Source of the DNA: Ilumatobacteraceae bacterium
GTDB lineage: Bacteria; Actinomycetota; Acidimicrobiia; Acidimicrobiales; Ilumatobacteraceae
Assembly (NCBI GenBank): GCA_049424465.1
Contig: JBMSSR010000001.1
Coordinates: 1-32,386 of the forward strand
Reading direction: 5' to 3'
DNA length: 32,386 nucleotides
Shown here: positions 1-7,645 of the stretch, one piece after another
How the letters are laid out: the number at the start of each line of letters is the position of its first letter
Numbering within the stretch: position 1 is the stretch's first letter
Program-made: the position numbers and the translations under genes
Notes under the pieces: model-generated
What the model saw: the letters and a program-made list of their open reading frames with translations, nothing else
Database searches by the model: none
Told to the model about the DNA's origin: nothing

Positions 1-717
1 GCTGACCGACACCTTGTCGGCTATGAGGCTCCACGAGGCGCCCGACACGACGGTGTAGCGACCGCTGCAGGACGACTGCGCCGTGACCGGGCTGGACGCA
101 TCGCCGTCGGGGTCCAGCAGCGGCAGGGCCGACATGTCGATCGTGCCGGTGGGTGCCTGCTGCTCGCCGGCACCGGGGTTGAGCAGCACGAGCGGTGCAT
201 CGGTGGACGGCGAGGTGCCGACGGCGAGCGTGGCCGCCTGACCGGAGGCGTTCTCGGCCTCGGCGCCGGTGGGTCGGAGCGCCGACACGACGGGTGCCGC
301 CATCAGCACGGTGGCGGCGATGAGGGCGATACGACGGGCGAACGGCGTGCCGAGGCCGGGCAGCCGGGCGACCCGGTCGGCGAGAGAGAGGGGCCGGGTG
401 CCCTGAGCGTCGGGACGGGCGTTGCGGCGAGCCGGTCGGGCGGCACTGCGGGGGATCGGACGCCTCGGTGCCGGCGCGGCGGGGCGCTGGATGCCGTTGC
501 TGGTGGTGCGGGAGTCGCGGATCGCACGCACGGCACCGGTGAGGCGCTGCGCCGCAGAGGGGGAGTCGTCCACCCAGAAGTCGGGGTCCTCTGGTGCGCC
601 GAAGGCGTCGTACTCGGCGCCCAGGGCCAGATCGTGCGGGCCGGTGACGTCGTCGTACCCCTCGAACTCGTCGAGGTCGGCGAACAGGTCGTCGGCGGAG
701 ATCGGGCGGTCGTTCAT
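1..717 (-). CDS. LysM domain-containing membrane protein, partial (C-terminal part lies beyond window start)
   Basis: Absent from the ORF track because no stop lies in the window. Hand translation of the minus strand from ATG 717 is open to position 1 (239 codons, no stops): MNDRPISADDLFADLDEFEGYDDV... It shows an acidic N-terminal region, a hydrophobic helix (RRIALIAATVLMAAPVV), then RYTVVSGASWSLIADKVSVS, which matches the start of a LysM repeat (YxVxxGDxLxxIA). GGGAGGGGG Shine-Dalgarno lies 8 nt upstream of the ATG. Confidence 0.6.
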   Translation of the reverse strand, partial: MNDRPISADDLFADLDEFEGYDDVTGPHDLALGAEYDAFGAPEDPDFWVDDSPSAAQRLTGAVRAIRDSRTTSNGIQRPAAPAPRRPIPRSAARPARRNARPDAQGTRPLSLADRVARLPGLGTPFARRIALIAATVLMAAPVVSALRPTGAEAENASGQAATLAVGTSPSTDAPLVLLNPGAGEQQAPTGTIDMSALPLLDPDGDASSPVTAQSSCSGRYTVVSGASWSLIADKVSVS

Positions 718-942
718 GATGGTCACCCCCTCCCGGACGGGCAGGGACCGGCAGAGTCTCGCCGCAGTGTCATGAGATTGCAACAGAGCGGGCGGGCCCC
801 CGAGGGGTCGGATGACGCAGGAAATCGGGCCGTGTGTCGCCGAAACCGACCGAAAATGGTCGAAATCGCTGCCGCTGTGGCCACGTGTGGGTCCACGTGC
901 AGTCACCGCCGCCGGGAACGGGCGGTGGGCGGGTGGCCCGAC

Positions 943-2433
943 TCAGTGCACGGTGCCGTCGAGGACCTGGAACATCTTCAGGTCGCTGTAGAAGTCGAGC
1001 GCGTAGTCGCCGCCCTCGCGCCCGATGCCGCTGATGCCGCAGCCGCCGAACGGGGCGGTCAGGTCGCGGACGAGGAAGCAGTTCGTCCACACCGTGCCGG
1101 CCCGCACGGCCCGGCCCATCCGCTCGGCCCGCTCGGCCGACCCGGTGTAGACGATGGCACTCAACCCGTACGCAGTGCTGTTGGCGAGGGCGATGGCCTC
1201 GGCCTCGTCGGCGAAGGTCTGGAAGGTGAGTACCGGCCCGAAGATCTCGTGCTGCACCACCTCGCTGTCGTTGCTGCTCGGCTCGATGAGCGTCGGCTCG
1301 TACCACAGACCGTCGTCGCCGCCGAGGTCGCTGCGCCGCCCGCCGCGCAGGATGGTGTCGCCCGCCGCGCGGGCCCGCTCGACGAATCCGGCGACCCGCG
1401 ACGCGTGGTCGGGGTGGATCATCGGGCTGATCGTGGTGCTGCCGTCTCGCGAGTCGCCGAGGACGTGGGCGTCTGCGTACCGGTGGAACCGCTCGAGGAA
1501 CTCGTCGCGCACCGACGCCTCGACGAGCAGTCGGGTGCCGGCGAGGCACACCTGGCCCGAGTCGTCGTACTGGCCGGCTGCCTTCTTGGCCGCGGCATCG
1601 AGGTCGGCGTCGGCGAACACGACGAACGGCCCCTTGCCGCCCAGCTCGGCGGTGAACGGGACGATGTTGCGTGCCGCGGCGACACCGATGTGGCGCGCCG
1701 TCTCGGGCGACCCGGTGAAGCTGATGCGTGCGAGGCGCGGGTCGCTGACCAGTGCGGCACCGACCTCCTCGCCGATGCCCTGCACGACGTTGAACACGCC
1801 GGGCGGCATGCCGGCCTCGTGGCACAGGTCGGCCAGGAGGCTGCAGCTGAGCGGGCTCCACTCGGCGGGCTTGAGGATGACCGTGTTGCCGGCGGCGAGC
1901 GCGGGTGCGCACTTCCAGGTGCTCAGCATGAACGGTGCGTTCCACGGCGTGATGACCACAGTGGGGCCGGCCGGCATGCGCATGACACGGTTGTTGGTGC
2001 CGTTGCTGGCCCACACGCGCTCGTCGTACTGCTCGGCGAGCTCGGCGTAGGCGCGGAAGTTGCGGGCGCCGCGCGACAGCACGCGGAGGCGCAGGCTCTC
2101 CTCGAGCATCGCCATGTCGAGGCACTCGACGGTGGCGAGCGAGGGCACGTGCTCGTCGATCAGGTCGGCGACGCGACGCATGACCTCGCCGCGGCCCTTG
2201 ACGCCCATCGCGGCCCACTCGGGGAATGCGTCGACTGCCGCGGTGACCGCCTGGTCGGCGATCGACGCGTCGCCGCGCGACACGTGGGCGAGGGTGATGC
2301 CCCAGTCGAGCGGCGAGCGGTCCTCGAACGTCGCCGACGACGCGACGCGCCGGCCCCCGATGTAGTGGTCGGTGCCGACCGACACTCCACCGACGTCGAC
2401 CCGGGTACCGCCAGTGAACGGTGAGGTGCTCAC
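943..2433 (-). CDS. NAD(P)-dependent aldehyde dehydrogenase
   Basis: 496-aa ORF with ALDH hallmarks: ELGGKGP, FTGSPETARHIG, catalytic-Cys region SGQVCLAGTRLLV. GTG start (2433) overlaps the upstream FAH-family stop as GTGA. Confidence 0.92.
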   Translation of the reverse strand: MSTSPFTGGTRVDVGGVSVGTDHYIGGRRVASSATFEDRSPLDWGITLAHVSRGDASIADQAVTAAVDAFPEWAAMGVKGRGEVMRRVADLIDEHVPSLATVECLDMAMLEESLRLRVLSRGARNFRAYAELAEQYDERVWASNGTNNRVMRMPAGPTVVITPWNAPFMLSTWKCAPALAAGNTVILKPAEWSPLSCSLLADLCHEAGMPPGVFNVVQGIGEEVGAALVSDPRLARISFTGSPETARHIGVAAARNIVPFTAELGGKGPFVVFADADLDAAAKKAAGQYDDSGQVCLAGTRLLVEASVRDEFLERFHRYADAHVLGDSRDGSTTISPMIHPDHASRVAGFVERARAAGDTILRGGRRSDLGGDDGLWYEPTLIEPSSNDSEVVQHEIFGPVLTFQTFADEAEAIALANSTAYGLSAIVYTGSAERAERMGRAVRAGTVWTNCFLVRDLTAPFGGCGISGIGREGGDYALDFYSDLKMFQVLDGTVH

Positions 2434-3410
2434 GACTGCATTCCCGGGGGGAGCTTGGGCCGCACTCGCGGGAACGGCAGTTGGTCGCGCTCGGTGTTGA
2501 GCGGACGGCGCTGACCGCGCAGCGGCCAGTCGCCACCCAGTGCGGTGCTCAGCACTTCCTCGGTCTCGGTGGGCTGTGCGCCGATCTCGTCGCTGACGGG
2601 TGCAGGGCCGTTGACGATGTGGTTGGTGAGTGACCCGAGGCCCTCGACCTCGACGGTCACCACGTCACCGGGCACGACCGGGCGGCTGATGGCCGGTGTG
2701 CCCGACAGGATGATGTCGCCCGGCACGAGCGTGATGAGGCGGGCGATGTCGGCGACCAGGTAGTGCATGTCCCACGCCATCTCGTCGGTGCTGCCGTCCT
2801 GGCGTACCTCGCCGTTGACGAGCGTGCGGATGCGCTTGCCGCGGAAGTCCCAGTCGGTGATGAGTCCGGGGCCGACGGGGCACAGCGTGTCGGCGCCCTT
2901 GACGCGCAGCATCGAGCCGCTGTCGGTGTCGCGGAAGTCGTGCAGGCCGTAGTCGTTGGCCACCGTGTAGCCGGCGATGTAGTACGCGGCCTCGGCGTGG
3001 CTGACGTTGCGGCACGTACGGCCGATGACGATGGCGACCTCACCCTCGTAGTTCAGCCACTTGCAGTTGCTCGGCCGCACGACGGCCGCCTTGTGCGAGT
3101 TGAGCGCACTGATGGGCTTGTGGAAGTACGTGGGGGCGGGCGGGAGGCTGACGCCGAACTCGAGCACCCGCGACACGTGGTTGAGGTGGCAGCAGATGAT
3201 CTTGGTCGGCTCGACCGGCGGCAGGTGCACGGCGTCGTCGACACCCACCCACCGACCGTCGCGGGCGACGAGGCGTTCGCCGTCGCGCACCATGACGGTC
3301 GGGAAACCGTCGAGCAGGATCCTTCGGATGTCGGCCACTGGCACCCCCGGCACAAGGTCGTTAGGGGCCAAACTATAGTGACCCGCCATGACCGCGATGA
3401 ACGGGTTCAT
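2430..3410 (-). CDS. fumarylacetoacetate hydrolase (FAH) family protein (hydratase/isomerase/decarboxylase type)
   Basis: FAH-fold motifs: PTKIICCHLNH, YEGEVAIVIGR, GYTVANDYGLHDF, LVPGDIILSGTP. The start is uncertain: in-frame candidates at 3443, 3410 (GAGGG just upstream), 3389, 3353 and 3293. About 60 extra C-terminal residues follow the FAH core. Confidence 0.85.
   Translation of the reverse strand: MNPFIAVMAGHYSLAPNDLVPGVPVADIRRILLDGFPTVMVRDGERLVARDGRWVGVDDAVHLPPVEPTKIICCHLNHVSRVLEFGVSLPPAPTYFHKPISALNSHKAAVVRPSNCKWLNYEGEVAIVIGRTCRNVSHAEAAYYIAGYTVANDYGLHDFRDTDSGSMLRVKGADTLCPVGPGLITDWDFRGKRIRTLVNGEVRQDGSTDEMAWDMHYLVADIARLITLVPGDIILSGTPAISRPVVPGDVVTVEVEGLGSLTNHIVNGPAPVSDEIGAQPTETEEVLSTALGGDWPLRGQRRPLNTERDQLPFPRVRPKLPPGMQS
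3374..3379 (+). promoter_or_regulatory. -10 box TATAGT (within palindrome ACTATAGT), leaderless promoter of the ADC-like gene
   Basis: TANNNT hexamer 8 nt upstream of ATG 3388, in the only AT-rich 8-mer of the divergent region. Confidence 0.45.
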
Positions 3411-4188
3411 CTTCCCTCGCACGGCCACCGGTGGGGCGAGCATGCTGCCGCCGATGCCGTGGCACTACAGCGGCGACCTGCTGACGGTCGAGTACCGCAC
3501 CGACCCGGCCCGTGTCGCCGAACTGTTGCCCGAGCCGCTCACGCTCGTGCCCGACGACATGGACCCCGGCGCCGTGGCGATGATCTTCGCCGACTGGCAG
3601 AGTTGTGGTCCCGACTTCGCCGAGCTCGACGACCCGGTGCGCGCGCAGTACAAGGAGGCGTTCGTCGTCGTGCGCTGCATGTACAAGGGCACGGTCTACA
3701 GCCGCTGCGTGTACATCTGGGTCGACAAGGACTTCGCAATGGTGCGCGGCCACTTCCAGGGCTATCCGAAGAAGCTCGGCAGCCTCTGGATGACCCGTCC
3801 CGTCACGATCGGCAAGGCCGGGCCGCGCATCGCCCCCGGTGGTCGGCTTGCCGCAACGGTGTCCAACTACGACCGTCGCGTCGTCGACATGCGCGTCACG
3901 CTGCGGGGTACCAGCGATACCAACGGCTTCGTCAACGGGCACCCGATGGTGCACTCGCGCTACATGCCGCGCATCGAGAACGACGGCACCGACAGCTTCC
4001 ACGAACTGGTGACGATGCGCGGTGTCGACGTCGAGCTGGGCCAGGCATGGGCAGGTGACGCAGAGATCGAGCTGTCGCCCAGCCCGGTCGAGGAGCACAC
4101 CCGCCTCGACGTGCGCGAGGTGATCGGCGGCTACTGGCGCAGCGTGGGCACCACGTTCGCGGGTGGGACGACCCTGGAGGTGCAGTGA
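3388..4188 (+). CDS. acetoacetate decarboxylase (ADC) family protein
   Basis: EYRTDPARVAELLPEPLTL and the GYPKK lysine pair are typical of the ADC family. With ATG 3388 the N-terminus has 35 residues before YRTD, the same as clostridial ADC. A TATAGT -10 box lies 8 nt upstream, suggesting a leaderless transcript. Confidence 0.85.
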   Translation: MTAMNGFIFPRTATGGASMLPPMPWHYSGDLLTVEYRTDPARVAELLPEPLTLVPDDMDPGAVAMIFADWQSCGPDFAELDDPVRAQYKEAFVVVRCMYKGTVYSRCVYIWVDKDFAMVRGHFQGYPKKLGSLWMTRPVTIGKAGPRIAPGGRLAATVSNYDRRVVDMRVTLRGTSDTNGFVNGHPMVHSRYMPRIENDGTDSFHELVTMRGVDVELGQAWAGDAEIELSPSPVEEHTRLDVREVIGGYWRSVGTTFAGGTTLEVQ

Positions 4189-4189
4189 C

Positions 4190-5500
4190 GTGAGCGCTGG
4201 TCCCACCATCACCGACGCCGGTGCGAGCGGCGCCCCCGACCTCGGGCGCGACGACCTCGACATCGTCGACCCCGACTCGTTCGTCCAGGGCTTCCCGCAC
4301 GCCACGTTCAAGCGGCTGCGAGACACCGACCCGGTCAGCTGGTGCTCCGAGCACGACGGTGGCAAGGGCTTCTGGTCGATCACGCGGTACGAGGACCTGC
4401 TCTACGTCAGCCAGCACGTCGAGCTGTTCAGCAGCGCGCAGGGCATCACGCTCGAGGAGATCACCGGTGACGACTTCGAGCTGCGCCGCAACATGCTCGA
4501 GTACGACCCGCCCGAGCACACCCGCTACCGCCGTCTCGTCAGCAAGCCGTTCAGCCGGCGCGAGGTGTACGGCTACGAGGAAGCCATCCGCGACCTTGCC
4601 CGCTCCGTGGTGCTCGAGGCGCGCGACCTCGGCGATCGGTTCGACTACGTCGACCGTGTCGCCAAGCAGTTGCCGATGCGCATGCTCGGTCGTCTGCTCG
4701 GTGTGCCCGACGAGGACGGCGACTGGCTCGTCGAGAAGGGTGACGCGCTGCTGGGCAACTTCGACCCGGAGATGACCGACTATCCGCTCGGTCTCACCGA
4801 CACCGACCAGTTCAAGCACATCCCGTTCCGGTCGCCGGCCGCGCTCGACCTGTACAACTACGCCGCCGCGGCCGCCGAGCAGCGGCGCGGCTGCCCGCAC
4901 AGCGATGTGCTGTCCAAGCTGCTCGAGCCCACCATCGACGGCGAGTGCCTCACCGACCTGCAGTTCAAGAACTTCTTCGTGCTCATGGTCAGCGCGGGCA
5001 ACGACACCACGCGCTACTCGATGGCCGGTGCACTGAAGGCACTCGCCGAGCACCCCGACCAGTTCGCCCGCCTCCGCCAGGCGTGCATCGACGGCGACTC
5101 GCAGTTCGTCGAGCGCGCTGTCGAGGAGGTGCTGCGCTGGACCACGGTCACGATGCACTTCCGCCGCACCGCGACCCAGGACGTCGAGCTGCACGGGCGC
5201 ACCATCACACAGGGTGACAAGGTCGTCATCTGGTTCAGCTCGGCCGACTACGACGAGCGCCAGTTCGCCGACCCGTTCCGGTTCGACATCACCCGCTGGC
5301 CCAACGACCACGTGGCGTTCAACCTGCGCAGCCCGCACCTGTGCCTCGGCGCGCAGTTGGCGCGCATGGAGCTGAAGCTGCTGTTCGAGGAACTGCTGCC
5401 GCTCGTACGCCACATCGAGGTCGACGGCCCTGTCGAGCGGTTGCGATCCAACTTCATCTGCGGCATCAAGCGCCTGCCCGTACGGTTCGACTGGGCGTGA
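4190..5500 (+). CDS. cytochrome P450 (CYP125/CYP142-like architecture)
   Basis: I-helix SAGNDTTR, EXXR (EEVLRW), Cys-ligand segment FNLRSPHLCLG, N-terminal GFWSITRYEDL...FSS. GTG 4190 is preceded by GGAGG (4176-4180) with 9-nt spacing. The alternative GTG 4163 has no SD and overlaps the ADC gene. Confidence 0.9.
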   Translation: MSAGPTITDAGASGAPDLGRDDLDIVDPDSFVQGFPHATFKRLRDTDPVSWCSEHDGGKGFWSITRYEDLLYVSQHVELFSSAQGITLEEITGDDFELRRNMLEYDPPEHTRYRRLVSKPFSRREVYGYEEAIRDLARSVVLEARDLGDRFDYVDRVAKQLPMRMLGRLLGVPDEDGDWLVEKGDALLGNFDPEMTDYPLGLTDTDQFKHIPFRSPAALDLYNYAAAAAEQRRGCPHSDVLSKLLEPTIDGECLTDLQFKNFFVLMVSAGNDTTRYSMAGALKALAEHPDQFARLRQACIDGDSQFVERAVEEVLRWTTVTMHFRRTATQDVELHGRTITQGDKVVIWFSSADYDERQFADPFRFDITRWPNDHVAFNLRSPHLCLGAQLARMELKLLFEELLPLVRHIEVDGPVERLRSNFICGIKRLPVRFDWA

Positions 5501-6246
5501 CGGACACCGTGTCACGCCCCACCCTCCCGCTCATCGGTCTGTCCGGCCGCCGCTGGCCGGCCGAGCGCATCCCACTGCTCGACTACACCGCCCTGCACGG
5601 CGAGGAGGTCGACCTGCACCTCAGCGAGTACCCGAAGATGGTCGAGCGGGCCGGTGGCCTGCCGGTGCAGCTCACGCACAACACGTCGCCGCTCGACATC
5701 GTCGCCCGGCTCGACGGCCTGGTGATGACGGGTGGTGCTGACGCCGACCCGGCGCTGTACGGAGAGGAGCCCCACCCCGAGCTCGGCCGCGTCGAGCGCA
5801 ACCGGGACGACTGGGAGCTCGAGCTCATTCGTGCGGCGCTCGAGGCACACCTCCCGATGCTGTGTGTGTGCCGCGGTGCGCAACTGCTCAACGTCGCGCT
5901 CGGCGGCACCCTCATCCAGCACCTCGACGAGTCCGACGTGCACGCCCGGTGGGACCTGCCGCGCATCGATCGGTGCCACACGGTACGTGTCGCGTCCGGC
6001 AGCCGTGCCGAGCAGCTGTATGGCAGCGAGACGCTCACCAACAGCCTTCACCACCAGGCGGTGGGCCGACCCGGCGACGGGGTGATCGTCACCGGCACGT
6101 CACCCGACGGTGTGGTCGAGGCGTTCGAGCTCGACGGCCGCCCCGAGGTGCTCGCCGTGCAGTGGCACCCCGAGATGCTGAGCGATCAGGTCGACCCGTC
6201 GTTCACGTGGCTGGTCGACGAGGCCCGGCGGCGTCACGCCGGCTGA
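5497..6246 (+). CDS. gamma-glutamyl hydrolase, PuuD-like class I glutamine amidotransferase (peptidase C26)
   Basis: Nucleophile elbow LCVCRGAQLLN, WHPE His/Glu pair, GGADADPALYG. GTG 5497 overlaps the P450 stop as GTGA. The longer ORF from 5341 lies inside the P450 gene. Confidence 0.88.
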   Translation: MTDTVSRPTLPLIGLSGRRWPAERIPLLDYTALHGEEVDLHLSEYPKMVERAGGLPVQLTHNTSPLDIVARLDGLVMTGGADADPALYGEEPHPELGRVERNRDDWELELIRAALEAHLPMLCVCRGAQLLNVALGGTLIQHLDESDVHARWDLPRIDRCHTVRVASGSRAEQLYGSETLTNSLHHQAVGRPGDGVIVTGTSPDGVVEAFELDGRPEVLAVQWHPEMLSDQVDPSFTWLVDEARRRHAG

Positions 6247-6264
6247 CCGACTGCGGTTGACCGG

Positions 6265-6786
6265 TCAGAGGTCGAGGGCGTCGACCGTGCGCAGGATGAC
6301 GCGCAGGTTCCGTGCGAGCGCGTCACTCTCCTCGTCGGTGAGCGCCTGTGTCACCAGTGCCTCGTGACGGTTGAAGCCGGGCATGATCTGGTCGACGACG
6401 CGTCGCCCGGCTGCCGTGAGCGACACCAGCACCCGTCGGCCGTCGGTGCGGTCACCGCGCCGTCGCAGCAGACCACGCGTCTCGAGGGTCTTCATCACCC
6501 CGGTGAGCGTCGCGGCAGTGATGCCGGCCTCGGCCGCGAGCGACCGCGCATCGGTCTCGCCCCACACCCGCAGGACGAACAGCGTGGTGAAGGCGCTCCA
6601 CGACAGATCGTGTTCGGCGAGCACGACGTTCTCCATGTGATTGCGCACCGCAGTGGCGGCCCGGAAGATGTTGCTGACGGTCGCGAGCGCACGCAGGTCG
6701 AGGTCGAGCCCCGTGAACGCCGCGCGCACCTCTCGCTCGGCCTTGACGGAGTCGTTGTCGTCGTCGCTGGCGAACAGGCGCGGCAC
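6265..6786 (-). CDS. MarR family transcriptional regulator
   Basis: 173 aa. Winged-helix segment LTGVMKTLETRGLLRRRGDRTDGRRVLVSLTAAGRRV is typical of MarR. Confidence 0.88.
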   Translation of the reverse strand: MPRLFASDDDNDSVKAEREVRAAFTGLDLDLRALATVSNIFRAATAVRNHMENVVLAEHDLSWSAFTTLFVLRVWGETDARSLAAEAGITAATLTGVMKTLETRGLLRRRGDRTDGRRVLVSLTAAGRRVVDQIMPGFNRHEALVTQALTDEESDALARNLRVILRTVDALDL

Positions 6787-6790
6787 CGGG

Positions 6791-7645
6791 TCAGCCCCTC
6801 ATCACGGCCAGCTCGTCGGCGATCAACTGGCGGGTGCGGTCGCGCAGTGCGGCAACGTCGTCCTTGCCGAGCCCTGTGGTGTCGATCGGCTCGAGCACGC
6901 GCACCTCGGCCGTGGTCACGTTCATGCGCCAGTCACCCTTGTTGAGCGCCTCGCGACTGCCGCACACGACGAGCGGAAGAATCGGCACCTGCTCCTCGAT
7001 CGCGATGCGGAACGCCCCGTCCTTGAACTCGCCGAGCGTGCCGTCGTGGGTGCGTGTGCCCTCGGGGAACATCATCACGCTCACGCGCTTCTTCAGCCGG
7101 TCGTGCGAATCGTTCACCGCCTTGATGATGCTCTCCTTCTTGCCGCGCACCAGGTAGATGTCACCGGCCATCCGCATCATCCAGCCCAGGAACGGGATGC
7201 GGAAGAACATCTCCTTCGACATCCACTTCATCTCCCACGGCAGGTGCGAGATGAGCAGCATGTCGACGAAGCTCTCGTGATTGCTGACGACGACGTACGG
7301 GTGCCGCGGGTCGTGGATCCTCACGCCGCTCGTCCTGAAGCGCCACAACGGATTGAGCCAGTTGTGCACGACGCACACCTTGCGGAAGAGCCATCCGGGC
7401 CAGTAGCGGCCGCGGTCGAACGGTGCCGTGACGACCCAGACGATGAACACGAGGAACGTCCAGACGATCACCAGCACGACGATGAGTGCCCAGCCCCATG
7501 CCGACAGCACGGTGCGGGCAACAGGGTTGCCCAGGAGGCGGCGGCGGAGCGGTGAGACAGGCACGACGAGATGATGACACGCCGGGGTGACCCTCCGATC
7601 ATCACCGTGACACTGGTCGTCGGGCCGTTGGCGGTTGCGGCGCAT
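6791..7645 (-). CDS. plsC: 1-acyl-sn-glycerol-3-phosphate acyltransferase family protein
   Basis: HX4D motif (VVSNHESFVDML), FPEGTRT block, N-terminal TM helix. The start is uncertain (ATG 7645 or GTG 7564). It ends 4 nt before the marR start on the same strand. Confidence 0.8.
   Translation of the reverse strand: MRRNRQRPDDQCHGDDRRVTPACHHLVVPVSPLRRRLLGNPVARTVLSAWGWALIVVLVIVWTFLVFIVWVVTAPFDRGRYWPGWLFRKVCVVHNWLNPLWRFRTSGVRIHDPRHPYVVVSNHESFVDMLLISHLPWEMKWMSKEMFFRIPFLGWMMRMAGDIYLVRGKKESIIKAVNDSHDRLKKRVSVMMFPEGTRTHDGTLGEFKDGAFRIAIEEQVPILPLVVCGSREALNKGDWRMNVTTAEVRVLEPIDTTGLGKDDVAALRDRTRQLIADELAVMRG

Noticed and set aside
718-942. c-di-AMP (ydaO-type) riboswitch upstream of the LysM gene, as found upstream of cell-wall genes in Actinobacteria
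   Set aside because: The minus-strand leader lacks the characteristic ACGGGG / CCCGA / GCUAACC-type conserved blocks and the pseudo-twofold helix arrangement. Only short generic GC hairpins are present.
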